From Actinomycetes bacterium (GTDB lineage Bacteria > Actinomycetota > Humimicrobiia > Humimicrobiales > Humimicrobiaceae), in contig JAIOXO010000007.1 of assembly GCA_022396035.1 (NCBI GenBank), positions 2,473 to 66,472 of the forward strand: a stretch of 64,000 nt of DNA, given 5' to 3'. Positions 50,076 to 60,312 of the stretch are shown in pieces; the first letter of the stretch is position 1, and the number at the start of each line of letters is the position of its first letter. Under the pieces are notes generated by a model, which did no database searches, was not told the DNA's origin, and saw only the letters and a program-made list of their open reading frames with translations. The position numbers and the translations under genes are program-made.

Positions 50076-50996
50076 ATGGTTAATCCCAAGTTTGCATATT
50101 TTGAGGGGAAAATTGTACCAATAAGCGAAGCAAAAGTAGATATCAGGACCAACTCACTACAATACGGAACCGCGGTTTTTGAAGGCATAAGAAGTTACTG
50201 GAACCAGTACCAGCAAAAAAATTATATATTCAGAATGAAAGATCATTACCAGCGTTTGCTGGAAAGCGGCCAGATTCTAATGATTAACCTGGATAAATCC
50301 ATACAGCAGCTTTCAGAAATAACCATAGAATTGTTAAAAAAAGAAGATTATCATGAAGATTCCTATATCAGGCCTTACGCCTATAACAGCGGATTAACCA
50401 TAGGGCCAAAACTGGTGGATAATCCCCAGGATATTTTTATATATACCATACCTCTGGGCAATTACCTGGAAACCAGTAAACCCATTAGTGTCTGTACCTC
50501 CTCCTGGACCAGAATAAATGATAACAGCATACCTCCCAGAGCAAAAATTGCCGGTTCCTATGTAAATGCAGCCCTTCAAAAAACCGAAGCCTTGTTAAAC
50601 GGCTATGATGAAGCCATAGTCCTTACCTCTGACGGTCAGCATGTAAGTGAAGGGAGTGCCATGAATATTTTCATAGTTAAAAGAGGGGTTCTGATAACTC
50701 CGCCTGTTACCGATGATATCCTGGAAGGAGTAACCAGGAATACGGTGTTGGAACTGGCAGCCAATGAACTGGGTATAGAGGTAGAGCAAAGATCTGTGGA
50801 CAGGACAGAATTATATACCGCAGATGAACTCTTTTTCTGCGGTACAGGCGCCCAGATATCCCCCATAGGATCAATAGATAAGAGGATTATTGGTAACAAC
50901 ACTATGGGTACTGTAACTAAAAAATTGCAGCAACTATACTTTTCCATAGTCAAAAATGAAGTAGATAAATATTCCCACTGGTGCACAGAGGTTTAA
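50076..50996 (+). CDS. ilvE: branched-chain amino acid aminotransferase (fold-type IV PLP)
   Basis: Class IV aminotransferase pattern (YFEGK..., EGIRSYW, PLP Lys region). 306 aa. Confidence 0.88.
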   Translation: MVNPKFAYFEGKIVPISEAKVDIRTNSLQYGTAVFEGIRSYWNQYQQKNYIFRMKDHYQRLLESGQILMINLDKSIQQLSEITIELLKKEDYHEDSYIRPYAYNSGLTIGPKLVDNPQDIFIYTIPLGNYLETSKPISVCTSSWTRINDNSIPPRAKIAGSYVNAALQKTEALLNGYDEAIVLTSDGQHVSEGSAMNIFIVKRGVLITPPVTDDILEGVTRNTVLELAANELGIEVEQRSVDRTELYTADELFFCGTGAQISPIGSIDKRIIGNNTMGTVTKKLQQLYFSIVKNEVDKYSHWCTEV

Positions 50997-53900
50997 AGCC
51001 CGCAGAACCGGCTATAGCTGCAATAGGAGCATGCCTGAGTCTTATTTGCTGAAAAATTACCCGATTTAATCCCGGATATTGCCTCTAAAAAGCTCTGCTT
51101 AATCTCCTTAATATGACCGGGGGTAAAACATATACTCTGCTTATGATTATTTTTTAAAAAGAACAGGAAGCACTCTATTCTGTCAATACTTACTGACCAT
51201 ATCTCCGAACAGGCCAGGGCATATGCGGCCAGCTGGCGCATATAGCTTATATTCATCTTGCTGTTTCTGCACTCAGCCACCTTGTAATCAATAATTCTGT
51301 AATTTTCCCCATCTAGTTTATCCAGCCGGTCCACTTTGGAAGTAACTATGTTTTCAGAAAGCTTAAGGTAGATAAGCTGTTCCAGCCATACTCTTTCTAC
51401 CTGATCTACATTAAAAAACGGACTCCGGGCATAGAAGCCAAGATAGTTCTGTATATCTTTATCGGTGGTTAATTTAATTAATTCCTGCTGTCCGATTTTC
51501 GGCAAGGAAAGTTTGGCCAGAGCGGCCTTCTCCAGCAGTTTGTGAACTTTTTGTCCTGTTTTTATAGACTTATTCAGCGGTTCGGGCAAAGACATAACGT
51601 ACTTATACCTGTACATGGCAGGGCATTTTAAATAATCCAGGATAGAGGTCAATGAAAATACATTCTGGTTTATGGTTTTTTTCTTGGTTCTAATTTTACC
51701 CTCCGGGGGGTGGACCTCTGTTTTTTTATTTTTCCCCGCCCGGGTCATTATATACTGATTTGCTTTTTTAAAATCAATTTGGGGATAACTAATTTTCTTC
51801 TTACCAGCCAGAAATTTAAAAATTCCGCTGTCTTCTACCTTAAAAGCCTGGCCAGGAATCAGGTCTTGAAGATAATCGCTGCCTGCCTGGTTAAGAACTT
51901 TTAGATTGCCAAAATCCGACAGATCTTTAAAAAAGGGAACTATCTTTTTTTTGGATTTTTCATTTTCCATATCATACCGGTCCCTGTACTGGCTATGGGA
52001 TAATACTAGCAACTTCTTTGCCCTGCTGCAGGCGACATAAAAGATTCTTCTCTCCTCTTCTTCCCTGATCTTTTTTAACTCCTGCTTAAATTTAGCCTGG
52101 CTGCCAAACTTGCCCTTCTTTTGCCATATACGGCTATCTTTTCTTAGGCTGGAGGGTAATACAAACTTTGAGTTACTACTCTTTTGTTTGTAATCATTGG
52201 CCCATAGCATGGGTAAGAATACTACTTCAAATTCCAGACCCTTGGCAGCATGGATACTCATAATTTTTACCGAGTCTTCACTGCCGAATTCAATGCTGTC
52301 AGGACCCTCATAATCTGTTTTGGCAACCTGGCTTAAGTAAGTATTAAAAGCACTTAAATTATTGCCGCTAAAATCATCTTCAAAATCACTGGCTATTTTA
52401 ATTAGAGTCTCTACATTGTTGATCTTTTTTTTATAGGAAGAACCAAAGTTGGATTTCAGATGATTCTGCAGTCCGCTATGCTGGTAAATCAGGCTAACCA
52501 GCTCTTTGAGCTTAAGAAGACTTGATTTCTGTAAATAAAAATTTAACTCCTGTAAAAATCCGGCCAGCCTTGATTTAGCCTGGTTGCTCACATGAGTATT
52601 TTCACTGCTGTTTTGCACTCCGGCCAGCAAACTTACTGTCCTTCCCTGGTCCGGCTCTCTTTTTAAAAAAAATATATCCCTGTCTCCCAGTTTGTACTTA
52701 TCTGATTTTAAGATATAGAGAAGACTGACTTGGTCAAAAACATCATAAACCAGACGTACCCAGGACAGTAAAAAAAGTATTTCCTTTTCAAAATAGAAAC
52801 TCTTGCTTCCAATTATCTCATATCTTATATCCATTTTTTCCAGCTGCCTGATGATGGTATCAAACTGTTTCCGGCGATTTAAAATGGCCATATCTTTCAA
52901 TCTTACCCCCTGCTGGTTAAGCCTGCTTATCAGGCTGGCCATAGTGGATGCTTCCTGCTGGTGGGATTCCTGGTAAAAAAAGCCTACCTCTGACTGCCCG
53001 GCATCTTCCGCAGGCTTTAATTGCTTTTCAAAACGGGTTTCATTGGCTGCTATAACCTTATTTAAAGCTGAAATTATGTTCTGGCCTGACCTAAAATTAA
53101 CCGTTAGATAAAAATCTTTTACCCGGCACTGCTTAAATAAATCCCAGAGGTGAAAATTAAGAATATTTTCAACACATGCTCCCCTGAAAGAATATATGCC
53201 CTGATCATCGTCACCCACTACGGTCATCTTATTATCGGGGCCATTAAGCATGGCCAGAAAATAAGCCTGGGCGATATTGGTATCCTGAAATTCATCTATA
53301 AAAATGTAGCTGTACCTTTTTTTATATTTCTCTCTTATAGATTTATTCTCCTTAAATAAAAAGTAAGGAAGGTACACCTGGTCCTGGTAATCTATGCAGT
53401 TATTGTCTTTCTTTAACTGTTCATATTTGCTGTATATAAAAGCAAGGTCTTTCTGTACCTTTACCGCTTCCTTTTCCTCTCTTAATAAAGCACTGCTTTT
53501 ATAATCCTTTATAAAGGAAGAATTATTCTCGGTATAATGCTTTAATTCATCAGGAGTAATAAGGTTGTTCTTGAGGCTGTCAATATAGGACATTATATCC
53601 TGAACCGCCTTACCCGGTGATTTCTTTATGTCTAGATATTCAAATTCATGTTGTTTAAATATCTGGTATATCAGCTGCCAGGTCTCTGCACTGGTTAACA
53701 CCCGGAAGTCTCTTCCCAGGGTAAACTGGAAACTGTTCTCCTTTACAATTTCATTGCCGAAGGAGTTAAAGGTATATATGTTTATATCATCAAAATCAGC
53801 ACTCTCAGTATTATCCCTTATCCTGGTCCTCATATTTTCAGCTGCATTCCGGGTAAAAGTCAGGGCCAGGATACGGGAAGGACTGCACTTGCCCCTGTTT

Positions 53901-54031
53901 ATGGTGTCGATTATGCTTTTAGTTATAACCCAGGTTTTGCCCGATCCGGCGCAGGCAATCACTCTCTTTATCCCACACTGGCTGTTTATTACACTGGCCT
54001 GTTCATCGGTTAGCTCTATAGTTTTACCCAT
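50993..54031 (-). CDS. UvrD-like helicase / RecB-family iron-staple nuclease subunit (AddA/AdnB-like)
   Basis: Walker A AGSGKTW, motif II DEFQDTN, motif III GDDDQGIYSFRGA. C-terminal PD-(D/E)xK with a Cys4 set (KCPAMY...CSYCSYSRFC). Start at 54031 (MGKTIELTDEQ) rather than the TTG at 54097. Confidence 0.8.
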   Translation of the reverse strand: MGKTIELTDEQASVINSQCGIKRVIACAGSGKTWVITKSIIDTINRGKCSPSRILALTFTRNAAENMRTRIRDNTESADFDDINIYTFNSFGNEIVKENSFQFTLGRDFRVLTSAETWQLIYQIFKQHEFEYLDIKKSPGKAVQDIMSYIDSLKNNLITPDELKHYTENNSSFIKDYKSSALLREEKEAVKVQKDLAFIYSKYEQLKKDNNCIDYQDQVYLPYFLFKENKSIREKYKKRYSYIFIDEFQDTNIAQAYFLAMLNGPDNKMTVVGDDDQGIYSFRGACVENILNFHLWDLFKQCRVKDFYLTVNFRSGQNIISALNKVIAANETRFEKQLKPAEDAGQSEVGFFYQESHQQEASTMASLISRLNQQGVRLKDMAILNRRKQFDTIIRQLEKMDIRYEIIGSKSFYFEKEILFLLSWVRLVYDVFDQVSLLYILKSDKYKLGDRDIFFLKREPDQGRTVSLLAGVQNSSENTHVSNQAKSRLAGFLQELNFYLQKSSLLKLKELVSLIYQHSGLQNHLKSNFGSSYKKKINNVETLIKIASDFEDDFSGNNLSAFNTYLSQVAKTDYEGPDSIEFGSEDSVKIMSIHAAKGLEFEVVFLPMLWANDYKQKSSNSKFVLPSSLRKDSRIWQKKGKFGSQAKFKQELKKIREEEERRIFYVACSRAKKLLVLSHSQYRDRYDMENEKSKKKIVPFFKDLSDFGNLKVLNQAGSDYLQDLIPGQAFKVEDSGIFKFLAGKKKISYPQIDFKKANQYIMTRAGKNKKTEVHPPEGKIRTKKKTINQNVFSLTSILDYLKCPAMYRYKYVMSLPEPLNKSIKTGQKVHKLLEKAALAKLSLPKIGQQELIKLTTDKDIQNYLGFYARSPFFNVDQVERVWLEQLIYLKLSENIVTSKVDRLDKLDGENYRIIDYKVAECRNSKMNISYMRQLAAYALACSEIWSVSIDRIECFLFFLKNNHKQSICFTPGHIKEIKQSFLEAISGIKSGNFSANKTQACSYCSYSRFCGL

Positions 54032-57008
54032 AATATTTCTCACAAAATATCTTGTAGTCACAATTGCTGCAGTTAAAATAATCCCTGGTCGGGCCAAATT
54101 CTTCCTGCTTAATATGGCCGATGATATCCTCTATCAGCGCTACCAATTCCTTTTCCTCATAATAATGGTCAGGCATTTCTGCTACCGGCTTTTTTTCATT
54201 GCTTAGACAGATATATTTTAATTTGACCCTGCTACCTTCTAAAAACTCAAAATCAGGGCTCCGGTCCAGGGCCATCCGGTAAATTTTAAGCTGTATTTCG
54301 TCCTGTAAATCATTGTGGTTGTAATTTTTTGAGCTGGACTTGTAATCTATCAGTTCAATTTCATTATCGGTAATGAAATTTATCTGGTCCACCTTGCCCT
54401 TTATAGTATAATTGTTCAGCTTAAAGCTGAAAGGTTTTTCATTTACTGACTGCTGTGGGAATGGGGGCATCAGATTACAATAGAAATTTTCAAAATCAGC
54501 CATAGCCCTGTCCAGGGCATCCTTTTTTACTGCTTTAAATTCAAAATCTTCTGCCTCAAATAACTCTTCTATAATTGACTTTAATCTTTTCCAGGTAAAC
54601 TCCTTTTGCTGGAAAAATGATTGGATTATCAGGTGATACAAACTCCCAATCTGCATGGCCAGATTAAACCCGGTTTCAATCCTAAAAAAATAATCATACT
54701 TGTACCTTAACGGACACTTCCTGTAAGCATCCAGAGCGCTATAGGAAAAGCTGGGCCAGAATACCTGAAAAGGATGATTGGAATTGGTGGTAACCTCAAT
54801 ATTTTCCCACCAGCCTGGGGGAGGCCACCATTTATCTAAAAAATTTATATATTTTTTAAGTTTATACCGGGAATAATATAAGCCCTTATCTCTTCTGTAG
54901 GCAAGCACCAGAGCCCTTCTTTTTATCTGCCAGCAATTCATTTTATCCATAGCAAAGCCAGGCTCATGATCAACTGTATCTATTTCCATATCCCTGGCTA
55001 TCTTTTTGAGGTCCAGGTAAAAAGCTGAATAAGGCCGGACTTTACTGGAAGTTATATACAGATAATCTCTAGCCCTGGTCATTCCCGCATACAGCAACCG
55101 TCTTTCATCTTCAGTATGCCTCTTTTTGAGTTGTGAGGCTGAAGGTTTATCCCCTTTCTCCAGATATCCGAACAACTGGAGGTCATAACTCTGGGGCAAA
55201 TAAAGAGTTGCCGGTATATAGCCTTCATTTAAAAAAGGAATAAATACTGCCCTAAATTCAAGGCCTTTGCATTGGTGGAAGCTTAAAACATTTACCCTGC
55301 CTTCCGGTGAGGCTGAAATGCTCTGCTCGATTTCTTCTATAAACCTGCTCTCTATAACCTGGTCCAGAAAATCCAGATAATGCTCTGTAGCAGCAGAGTT
55401 GTTATCCTCATTAAAACTCTTTACGCTTGACAGAAAATCATTTACCGGCTCCCAGTCAAGACTGGTTTTGCCCCATAACCCCAGGTATTGATCGTGGATC
55501 AGCTCCAGAAGGAAATCAAATACCGGCACCTGCTGAAGTCCTTCAAACTTGTTCAGGCATGCCAGAAATTGGTTTATCTTTTCTTTTTTCTCATAATTTT
55601 TATCTTCCTTTAAAAAATCTATAATATGCTCATATTCCTGTTTATGGCTTTCATATCTTTTTTTAATTTCCTTAAAATACAGTGGGTTGATATCCAGCAC
55701 TGAAGAAAGCAGTATGTTTTCCACCAGATAATCTAATTCTTCTATCTGCTGATAGGGCCGGCCAAACAGCCTCAACACATTTAGCAGGTACCTGACTTTT
55801 GCATTGTCCAGAATAGTCCTGGAGCCCCTTCTGGAAAAAGGAATACCGTTCTGGCCCAGGGCATTCTCTATGATATGGGTCTCATAACCAAGCCCCTTTA
55901 TTATTACGGCTACCTGTTCCAGGGGTATTTTTTTGTTTTTCAGCCCTTTTATTTTCTCACAAATAAACTGCGCTTCATCCAGCATATGGTGAAAATCTTT
56001 TATCCGGACCTTGCCCCTGCCGCCCCTGCTTATTGATTCTTTGTCCAATCTGTCGCTGTTCAGATTTATAAAGTGCTGGCTAAGTTCATTTATATCCCTG
56101 CTGTTTCGATAGTTGCGCTTACCGGTTATAATGTTTTTTTTGCCGGTCCTGTCATATACCCTTCTAAAGTTCTGGGACATGGATCCTCTGAAACTGAAAA
56201 CAGCCTGGTCATCATTTCCAAAAAAAATACAGTTTTCACATGAAATCAAATCTGCAATGGTCAGCTGGGCCGGGTTTGATTCCTGGAGCTCATCAAAAAT
56301 TATATAATCATATTTTTGCCTGTACTCTTCCCTTACTGCTTCTTCCTTTTGAAGTATTTCTGCTGTGTGCTGAAGAAGCAAGCCATAATTGTAAGCATTT
56401 CGGCTGTTTAGTTCATTAAGGTACTTCAGGTATATGCCTCCAATTTCAGACAAAGCCTTGCTGTAATAAGGATTGAATTTATCCAGTATTTTCCGTGGTT
56501 CCAGCAGGCTTTCCTGGGCTCTCAGTATGAAATCAAATACCTCCTGGGTATAGCTGTTGGCTATGAACTTGTTTTTATTAAGATAATTTATGCTAATAGC
56601 ATAATTCTTTTTATCCAGGCTGGCCATAACCTCAGATAGCAGGGCCCATTGCTGGGTAGAGTTTAATAAATTAATATCGGTATTAAATTCCAGCGGCCGG
56701 GTGTTATCATGCAAATTTTCAAGCAGAATTCTGCTGTGGTAATGTTCTAAAAAATCAAGGCAAAAGGAGTGAAAGGTGTTTATAGGAATCTCTACCTGGC
56801 TTTTGGGAGCAGCCAGGGCTGTTTCTTCCCTTATAATCTTGGCCCATTTACGGTTAAAGCAAAAGACTAAAACCCGGTGGGGAGCCACCCCGCCATCCCC
56901 TACAAGATAATTTATCAGCCCAATTAAGGCTTGGGTTTTACCACTACCCGGCGGACCGGTGACCATAATATTGCCGGTACCCAGCAATTTTTTTATTTTA
57001 TTTAGCAT
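54024..57008 (-). CDS. UvrD-like helicase / RecB-family iron-staple nuclease subunit (AddB/AdnA-like)
   Basis: Walker A GPPGSGKT, motif II FDELQESN, motif III GNDDQAVFSFRGS. C-terminal nuclease with IDYKSS and a Cys4 set (KCPLRY...CSNCDYKIFC). Confidence 0.8.
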   Translation of the reverse strand: MLNKIKKLLGTGNIMVTGPPGSGKTQALIGLINYLVGDGGVAPHRVLVFCFNRKWAKIIREETALAAPKSQVEIPINTFHSFCLDFLEHYHSRILLENLHDNTRPLEFNTDINLLNSTQQWALLSEVMASLDKKNYAISINYLNKNKFIANSYTQEVFDFILRAQESLLEPRKILDKFNPYYSKALSEIGGIYLKYLNELNSRNAYNYGLLLQHTAEILQKEEAVREEYRQKYDYIIFDELQESNPAQLTIADLISCENCIFFGNDDQAVFSFRGSMSQNFRRVYDRTGKKNIITGKRNYRNSRDINELSQHFINLNSDRLDKESISRGGRGKVRIKDFHHMLDEAQFICEKIKGLKNKKIPLEQVAVIIKGLGYETHIIENALGQNGIPFSRRGSRTILDNAKVRYLLNVLRLFGRPYQQIEELDYLVENILLSSVLDINPLYFKEIKKRYESHKQEYEHIIDFLKEDKNYEKKEKINQFLACLNKFEGLQQVPVFDFLLELIHDQYLGLWGKTSLDWEPVNDFLSSVKSFNEDNNSAATEHYLDFLDQVIESRFIEEIEQSISASPEGRVNVLSFHQCKGLEFRAVFIPFLNEGYIPATLYLPQSYDLQLFGYLEKGDKPSASQLKKRHTEDERRLLYAGMTRARDYLYITSSKVRPYSAFYLDLKKIARDMEIDTVDHEPGFAMDKMNCWQIKRRALVLAYRRDKGLYYSRYKLKKYINFLDKWWPPPGWWENIEVTTNSNHPFQVFWPSFSYSALDAYRKCPLRYKYDYFFRIETGFNLAMQIGSLYHLIIQSFFQQKEFTWKRLKSIIEELFEAEDFEFKAVKKDALDRAMADFENFYCNLMPPFPQQSVNEKPFSFKLNNYTIKGKVDQINFITDNEIELIDYKSSSKNYNHNDLQDEIQLKIYRMALDRSPDFEFLEGSRVKLKYICLSNEKKPVAEMPDHYYEEKELVALIEDIIGHIKQEEFGPTRDYFNCSNCDYKIFCEKYYG

Positions 57009-57183
57009 TAATTTGCTTCAGTTCTATTAGTATTTCCTTAAGCAACATAAGCTCAAGCCTTCTGTAGTCAATATCGTTGGTAAGCTTGGCCCATTTCCTG
57101 GGATTATCTTCAGGTATATATTTATCCAGTTCTGATAAAATATCTCCCATAGTAGCTGCCTCCCCTGTATGTAGTTTTGTCAA
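56998..57183 (-). CDS. hypothetical 61-aa protein (TTG start; alternative 50-aa form from ATG 57150), translationally coupled to the helicase-nuclease operon
   Basis: Its stop overlaps the start of the first helicase gene by 11 nt. There is no recognisable domain. Confidence 0.2.
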   Translation of the reverse strand: MTKLHTGEAATMGDILSELDKYIPEDNPRKWAKLTNDIDYRRLELMLLKEILIELKQINAK

Positions 57184-57332
57184 AATGTATATGAAATTAA
57201 AAAATCCTTATTAGAATTTATATCACTTTTTGACTTTAAACCCAACTGTAATTACCTAAAAGCCTAAAGGCCAGGGCTATTCGTTGAATCAGAAAAGTAT
57301 TTTAAAATCGGTTATCTGCCGCTGTAAAAAAA

Positions 57333-57406
57333 TGGAGCGGGCTACGGGAATTGAACCCGCGTTTTGAGCTTGGGAAGCTCACGTACTACCACTATACTAA
57401 GCCCGC
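57333..57406 (-). tRNA. tRNA-Gly (anticodon CCC), CCA encoded
   Basis: Hand-folded cloverleaf: 7-bp acceptor GCGGGCT/AGCCCGC, D-arm with GG, anticodon stem UGAGC/GCUCA with loop UUCCCAA, T-loop TTCAATT, discriminator U, CCA. 74 nt. Confidence 0.85.
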
Positions 57407-57411
57407 CGGTA

Positions 57412-58023
57412 TTATTGCATTGGAGGCTGCTGGTCCTGCTGCTGGAGATCTCCTTCTTCTGGTTTTTCCTCTTCTTCTTTTGGCTGAACCTGGCTGCTGC
57501 CTTCTTTTAAATTAACTATGGTAAGATTGGTTTTTAATATTCTAATCCCCAGCTTATTATTGGCAATATCCCTGGCTTCAGTAATAATCTGCTGCATCTT
57601 TTCGGGAATATTTGCATTCTGGTTTAAGTCTACCATCATATCAATAATAATGCCCTTGGACCTGGGAGTAATCCTTACCCTTAAGTCCTCTACACCTTCC
57701 AACGTTTTCCCAGATGATTTAATCTGCTGGGCTACTGATTCAAGAGTTATCATGGCATTGCCATCCTTGACCTTGTAGACAGTAGCTATCTTGGACCGTC
57801 TCCGGTAAAACTCCATTAAAAGCAGGAATATGCTTAAAGCAAAAATAAATAACAGCGCCAATGAAGAAATAAAGGGATTTACCCCCATATTGGGATTAAA
57901 CAGCCTTAAGGCTATATCCGACCATTTAAAATAGCCTATAAATTCATTGACTATGGAAAGCAGTGATAAAAAGGCAATAGCCAGCAGCAATATTACTACC
58001 ACCACTTTGTTAAAAATATTCAT
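57412..58023 (-). CDS. membrane-anchored Asp23/Gls24-like (alkaline-shock family, AmaP-like) protein
   Basis: Two N-terminal TM helices, then an Asp23-like alternating beta pattern (LRVRITPRSKGIIIDMMVDL...LGIRILKTNLTIVNL). Glu/Gln-rich tail. Confidence 0.4.
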   Translation of the reverse strand: MNIFNKVVVVILLLAIAFLSLLSIVNEFIGYFKWSDIALRLFNPNMGVNPFISSLALLFIFALSIFLLLMEFYRRRSKIATVYKVKDGNAMITLESVAQQIKSSGKTLEGVEDLRVRITPRSKGIIIDMMVDLNQNANIPEKMQQIITEARDIANNKLGIRILKTNLTIVNLKEGSSQVQPKEEEEKPEEGDLQQQDQQPPMQ

Positions 58024-58131
58024 AGACCACCATTTATTTTAATAATAATTTGTCTTTAAGATTATAATAAAAGAAAATAATTTAATAAAGCGATTTATTT
58101 TTGTTTTAAAAAAATGTATTATTTTTAACTA

Positions 58132-59031
58132 ATGCTGGATAAACAAAAACAAACTCTAGTAATATTAAATCCTGCTTCTGCCAGGAAAACCACCATACTG
58201 GCAAAACCTGAGATAGAATCCTGCCTGTCCAAACAAGGTATTGATTACCACCTCCATGTGAGTACCAGCGCTGAGGATATTATGAATACTGTAAATAAAT
58301 TTAGAGACAGGTACAAAAACTTTATTTCAGTTGGTGGAGACGGTACAGCCCATTATATTGCCAATTCCCTGGCAGGAACCGATAAAAACCTGGGGATAAT
58401 ACCCATGGGAAGCGGCAATGATATTTCCTCTTATTTTAATATTCCCCACAATATTGAGGAATGCTGCCGGATTATAAAAAAGGGCAATACCACCAGGATA
58501 GATCTGGGCCTTATAAACAACCAGTACTATTATATGGGAGTGGCTGGCTCAGGATTTGATTCTGAAGTCACCGACCTGGCCAATAACACCCGGCTTCCCT
58601 TTAAAGGCCCCTTCAAGTATACCTATGCTGTATACAACATATTAATTACTTTCAGGTCCAGGGAATTTAAACTTGCCTATAACAGCCAGCAGAGAGCACT
58701 TCACTCCATGATGATAGCGGTAGCCAATCTGCCCAGCTATGGAGGAGGAATGAAAGTGGCTCCAGATACTGATCCCACTGACGGAAAGCTGGATGTGTGC
58801 ATTATTAAAAGAATGAGTAAAATACATTTTATTAAAGTATTTCCTACCGTTTTTGAAGGAAAACACATCTATGACCCCTTTGTAGAAATGCTTCAGACTG
58901 GAAATATTAAGATTGATTGTCCCCGGTACAGATTCAGTGTGTTTGCCGATGGGGAATACATCTGTAAACTCCCGGCAGAATTTGACCTGGTTCCCGGAGC
59001 TTTAAACCTGATAGTTCCCCCTAGTACCTAA
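58132..59031 (+). CDS. diacylglycerol-kinase-catalytic-domain lipid kinase (YegS/BmrU/DagK family)
   Basis: LVILNPASAR..., GGDGT and IPMGSGND motifs of DAGK_cat. Confidence 0.75.
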   Translation: MLDKQKQTLVILNPASARKTTILAKPEIESCLSKQGIDYHLHVSTSAEDIMNTVNKFRDRYKNFISVGGDGTAHYIANSLAGTDKNLGIIPMGSGNDISSYFNIPHNIEECCRIIKKGNTTRIDLGLINNQYYYMGVAGSGFDSEVTDLANNTRLPFKGPFKYTYAVYNILITFRSREFKLAYNSQQRALHSMMIAVANLPSYGGGMKVAPDTDPTDGKLDVCIIKRMSKIHFIKVFPTVFEGKHIYDPFVEMLQTGNIKIDCPRYRFSVFADGEYICKLPAEFDLVPGALNLIVPPST

Positions 59032-60193
59032 CCCAGGTCTCGTTGGTATATTTAAATAAGGTTGAAGCAGGATCCAAGCGGTTACCATTGTCTCCAAACT
59101 CAATATGACCCACTACCCCATCATAAGATATGGATTTTAATTCATCCATATAATCCATGGGCAGTATGGAATTGGCCTCCTTCATGGCTGCTATAACTAT
59201 ATTTACCGCGTCATAGGCATAAGGAGCATATTTTCCCGGCTCAGTTGCCAGTTCATTATCCATAGTTTCTGCATAATCAGTGTATTTATACCAGAAGTCT
59301 ATGGCTTTTTTATCTTCAGTAAACCTGGCAATAGAAGGAGGTTCCGAAACTATAGCTGTTAGCCCTTCCAGGACCTCGGGGGCTGCAAGAACGCTTATCT
59401 GGTCATCCATGGCCAGCTCATCGGTAACAAAGCTGGAATCAATTCCTGCCTCTCTGGCTTTAGTAATCAGACTGGCCAGCTGGTCATACTCGGTACAGGC
59501 AAAAATATAATCCGGTTTATCCAGGAGAAGATTTTCAGCTATAATTTCATATCCTTCAGTTGAAAAATCTATGGAGTACCTCCTGGTTATGTCTATTCCC
59601 TGCTCTCTTAACAGCTGGGCCAGGTAATCCACCAGATTGGCTGAATACTCACTGCGGTTATCTATCAAGATTAATTTCTCTGGTTTTAACTGATTAATAA
59701 ACACATTGGCAATATTTTCTACCTTCTGCTGATTGCTGATCACCATCCTGAAAAAATTATCTCCCAGTCCGGACAGGTCATCACCCTGGGCATAAGCAGT
59801 TATTAAAGGTATGCTGTATTCCTGATAAACAGGTATAGAGACTTTAGTAGTTCCATTAAAGGTTGAACCAATAACCGCTGATATATCCTGTTCTGCCATT
59901 TCCTGCGCTACCAGAAATGCTTTTTCAGGATCGCCCTGGTCATCTTTGCTTACCAGGTCTATCTTATAGGTAAAACCACCTATCTCTACCGGAGACAACT
60001 CTGATACAGCTATACTTGCGCTTACTGTCTGGTCAAAACCCAGTACCTGGTAATCTCCGGACAGGGCAGCCTGGTTTCCTATCTTTATAACCCTCTCCCT
60101 GGTTTCACAGCCGGAAAAATTAATTAACAAGCTAAATATAAGCAAGATCAGCACTGCCATGAAAAGAAGTCTATGGTATTTCCTTGTATTCAT
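59021..60193 (-). CDS. ABC-transporter substrate-binding lipoprotein, LivJ/PBP1 type (branched-chain amino-acid-like)
   Basis: Signal peptide with lipobox-like NFSGC. Type-1 periplasmic-binding-fold periodicity. No cognate permease or ATPase genes adjacent. Confidence 0.65.
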   Translation of the reverse strand: MNTRKYHRLLFMAVLILLIFSLLINFSGCETRERVIKIGNQAALSGDYQVLGFDQTVSASIAVSELSPVEIGGFTYKIDLVSKDDQGDPEKAFLVAQEMAEQDISAVIGSTFNGTTKVSIPVYQEYSIPLITAYAQGDDLSGLGDNFFRMVISNQQKVENIANVFINQLKPEKLILIDNRSEYSANLVDYLAQLLREQGIDITRRYSIDFSTEGYEIIAENLLLDKPDYIFACTEYDQLASLITKAREAGIDSSFVTDELAMDDQISVLAAPEVLEGLTAIVSEPPSIARFTEDKKAIDFWYKYTDYAETMDNELATEPGKYAPYAYDAVNIVIAAMKEANSILPMDYMDELKSISYDGVVGHIEFGDNGNRLDPASTLFKYTNETWVRY

Positions 60194-60312
60194 AATTTAA
60201 CTAACGCCATTTTTAGATGAATTATAACAGAAAATATAGAAATGATAATTATTTTTACCATAAAGTATGATAAAATTTAGAAAATATCAATAATTTCAAA
60301 CTTTTTTCTTTA

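Noticed and set aside
57178-57190. TTGACA hexamer as -35 of the helicase-operon promoter
   Set aside because: The TTG of that hexamer is actually the start codon of the small ORF (56998..57183). The nearest -10-like hexamer is 23 nt away, which is incompatible with sigma70 spacing.
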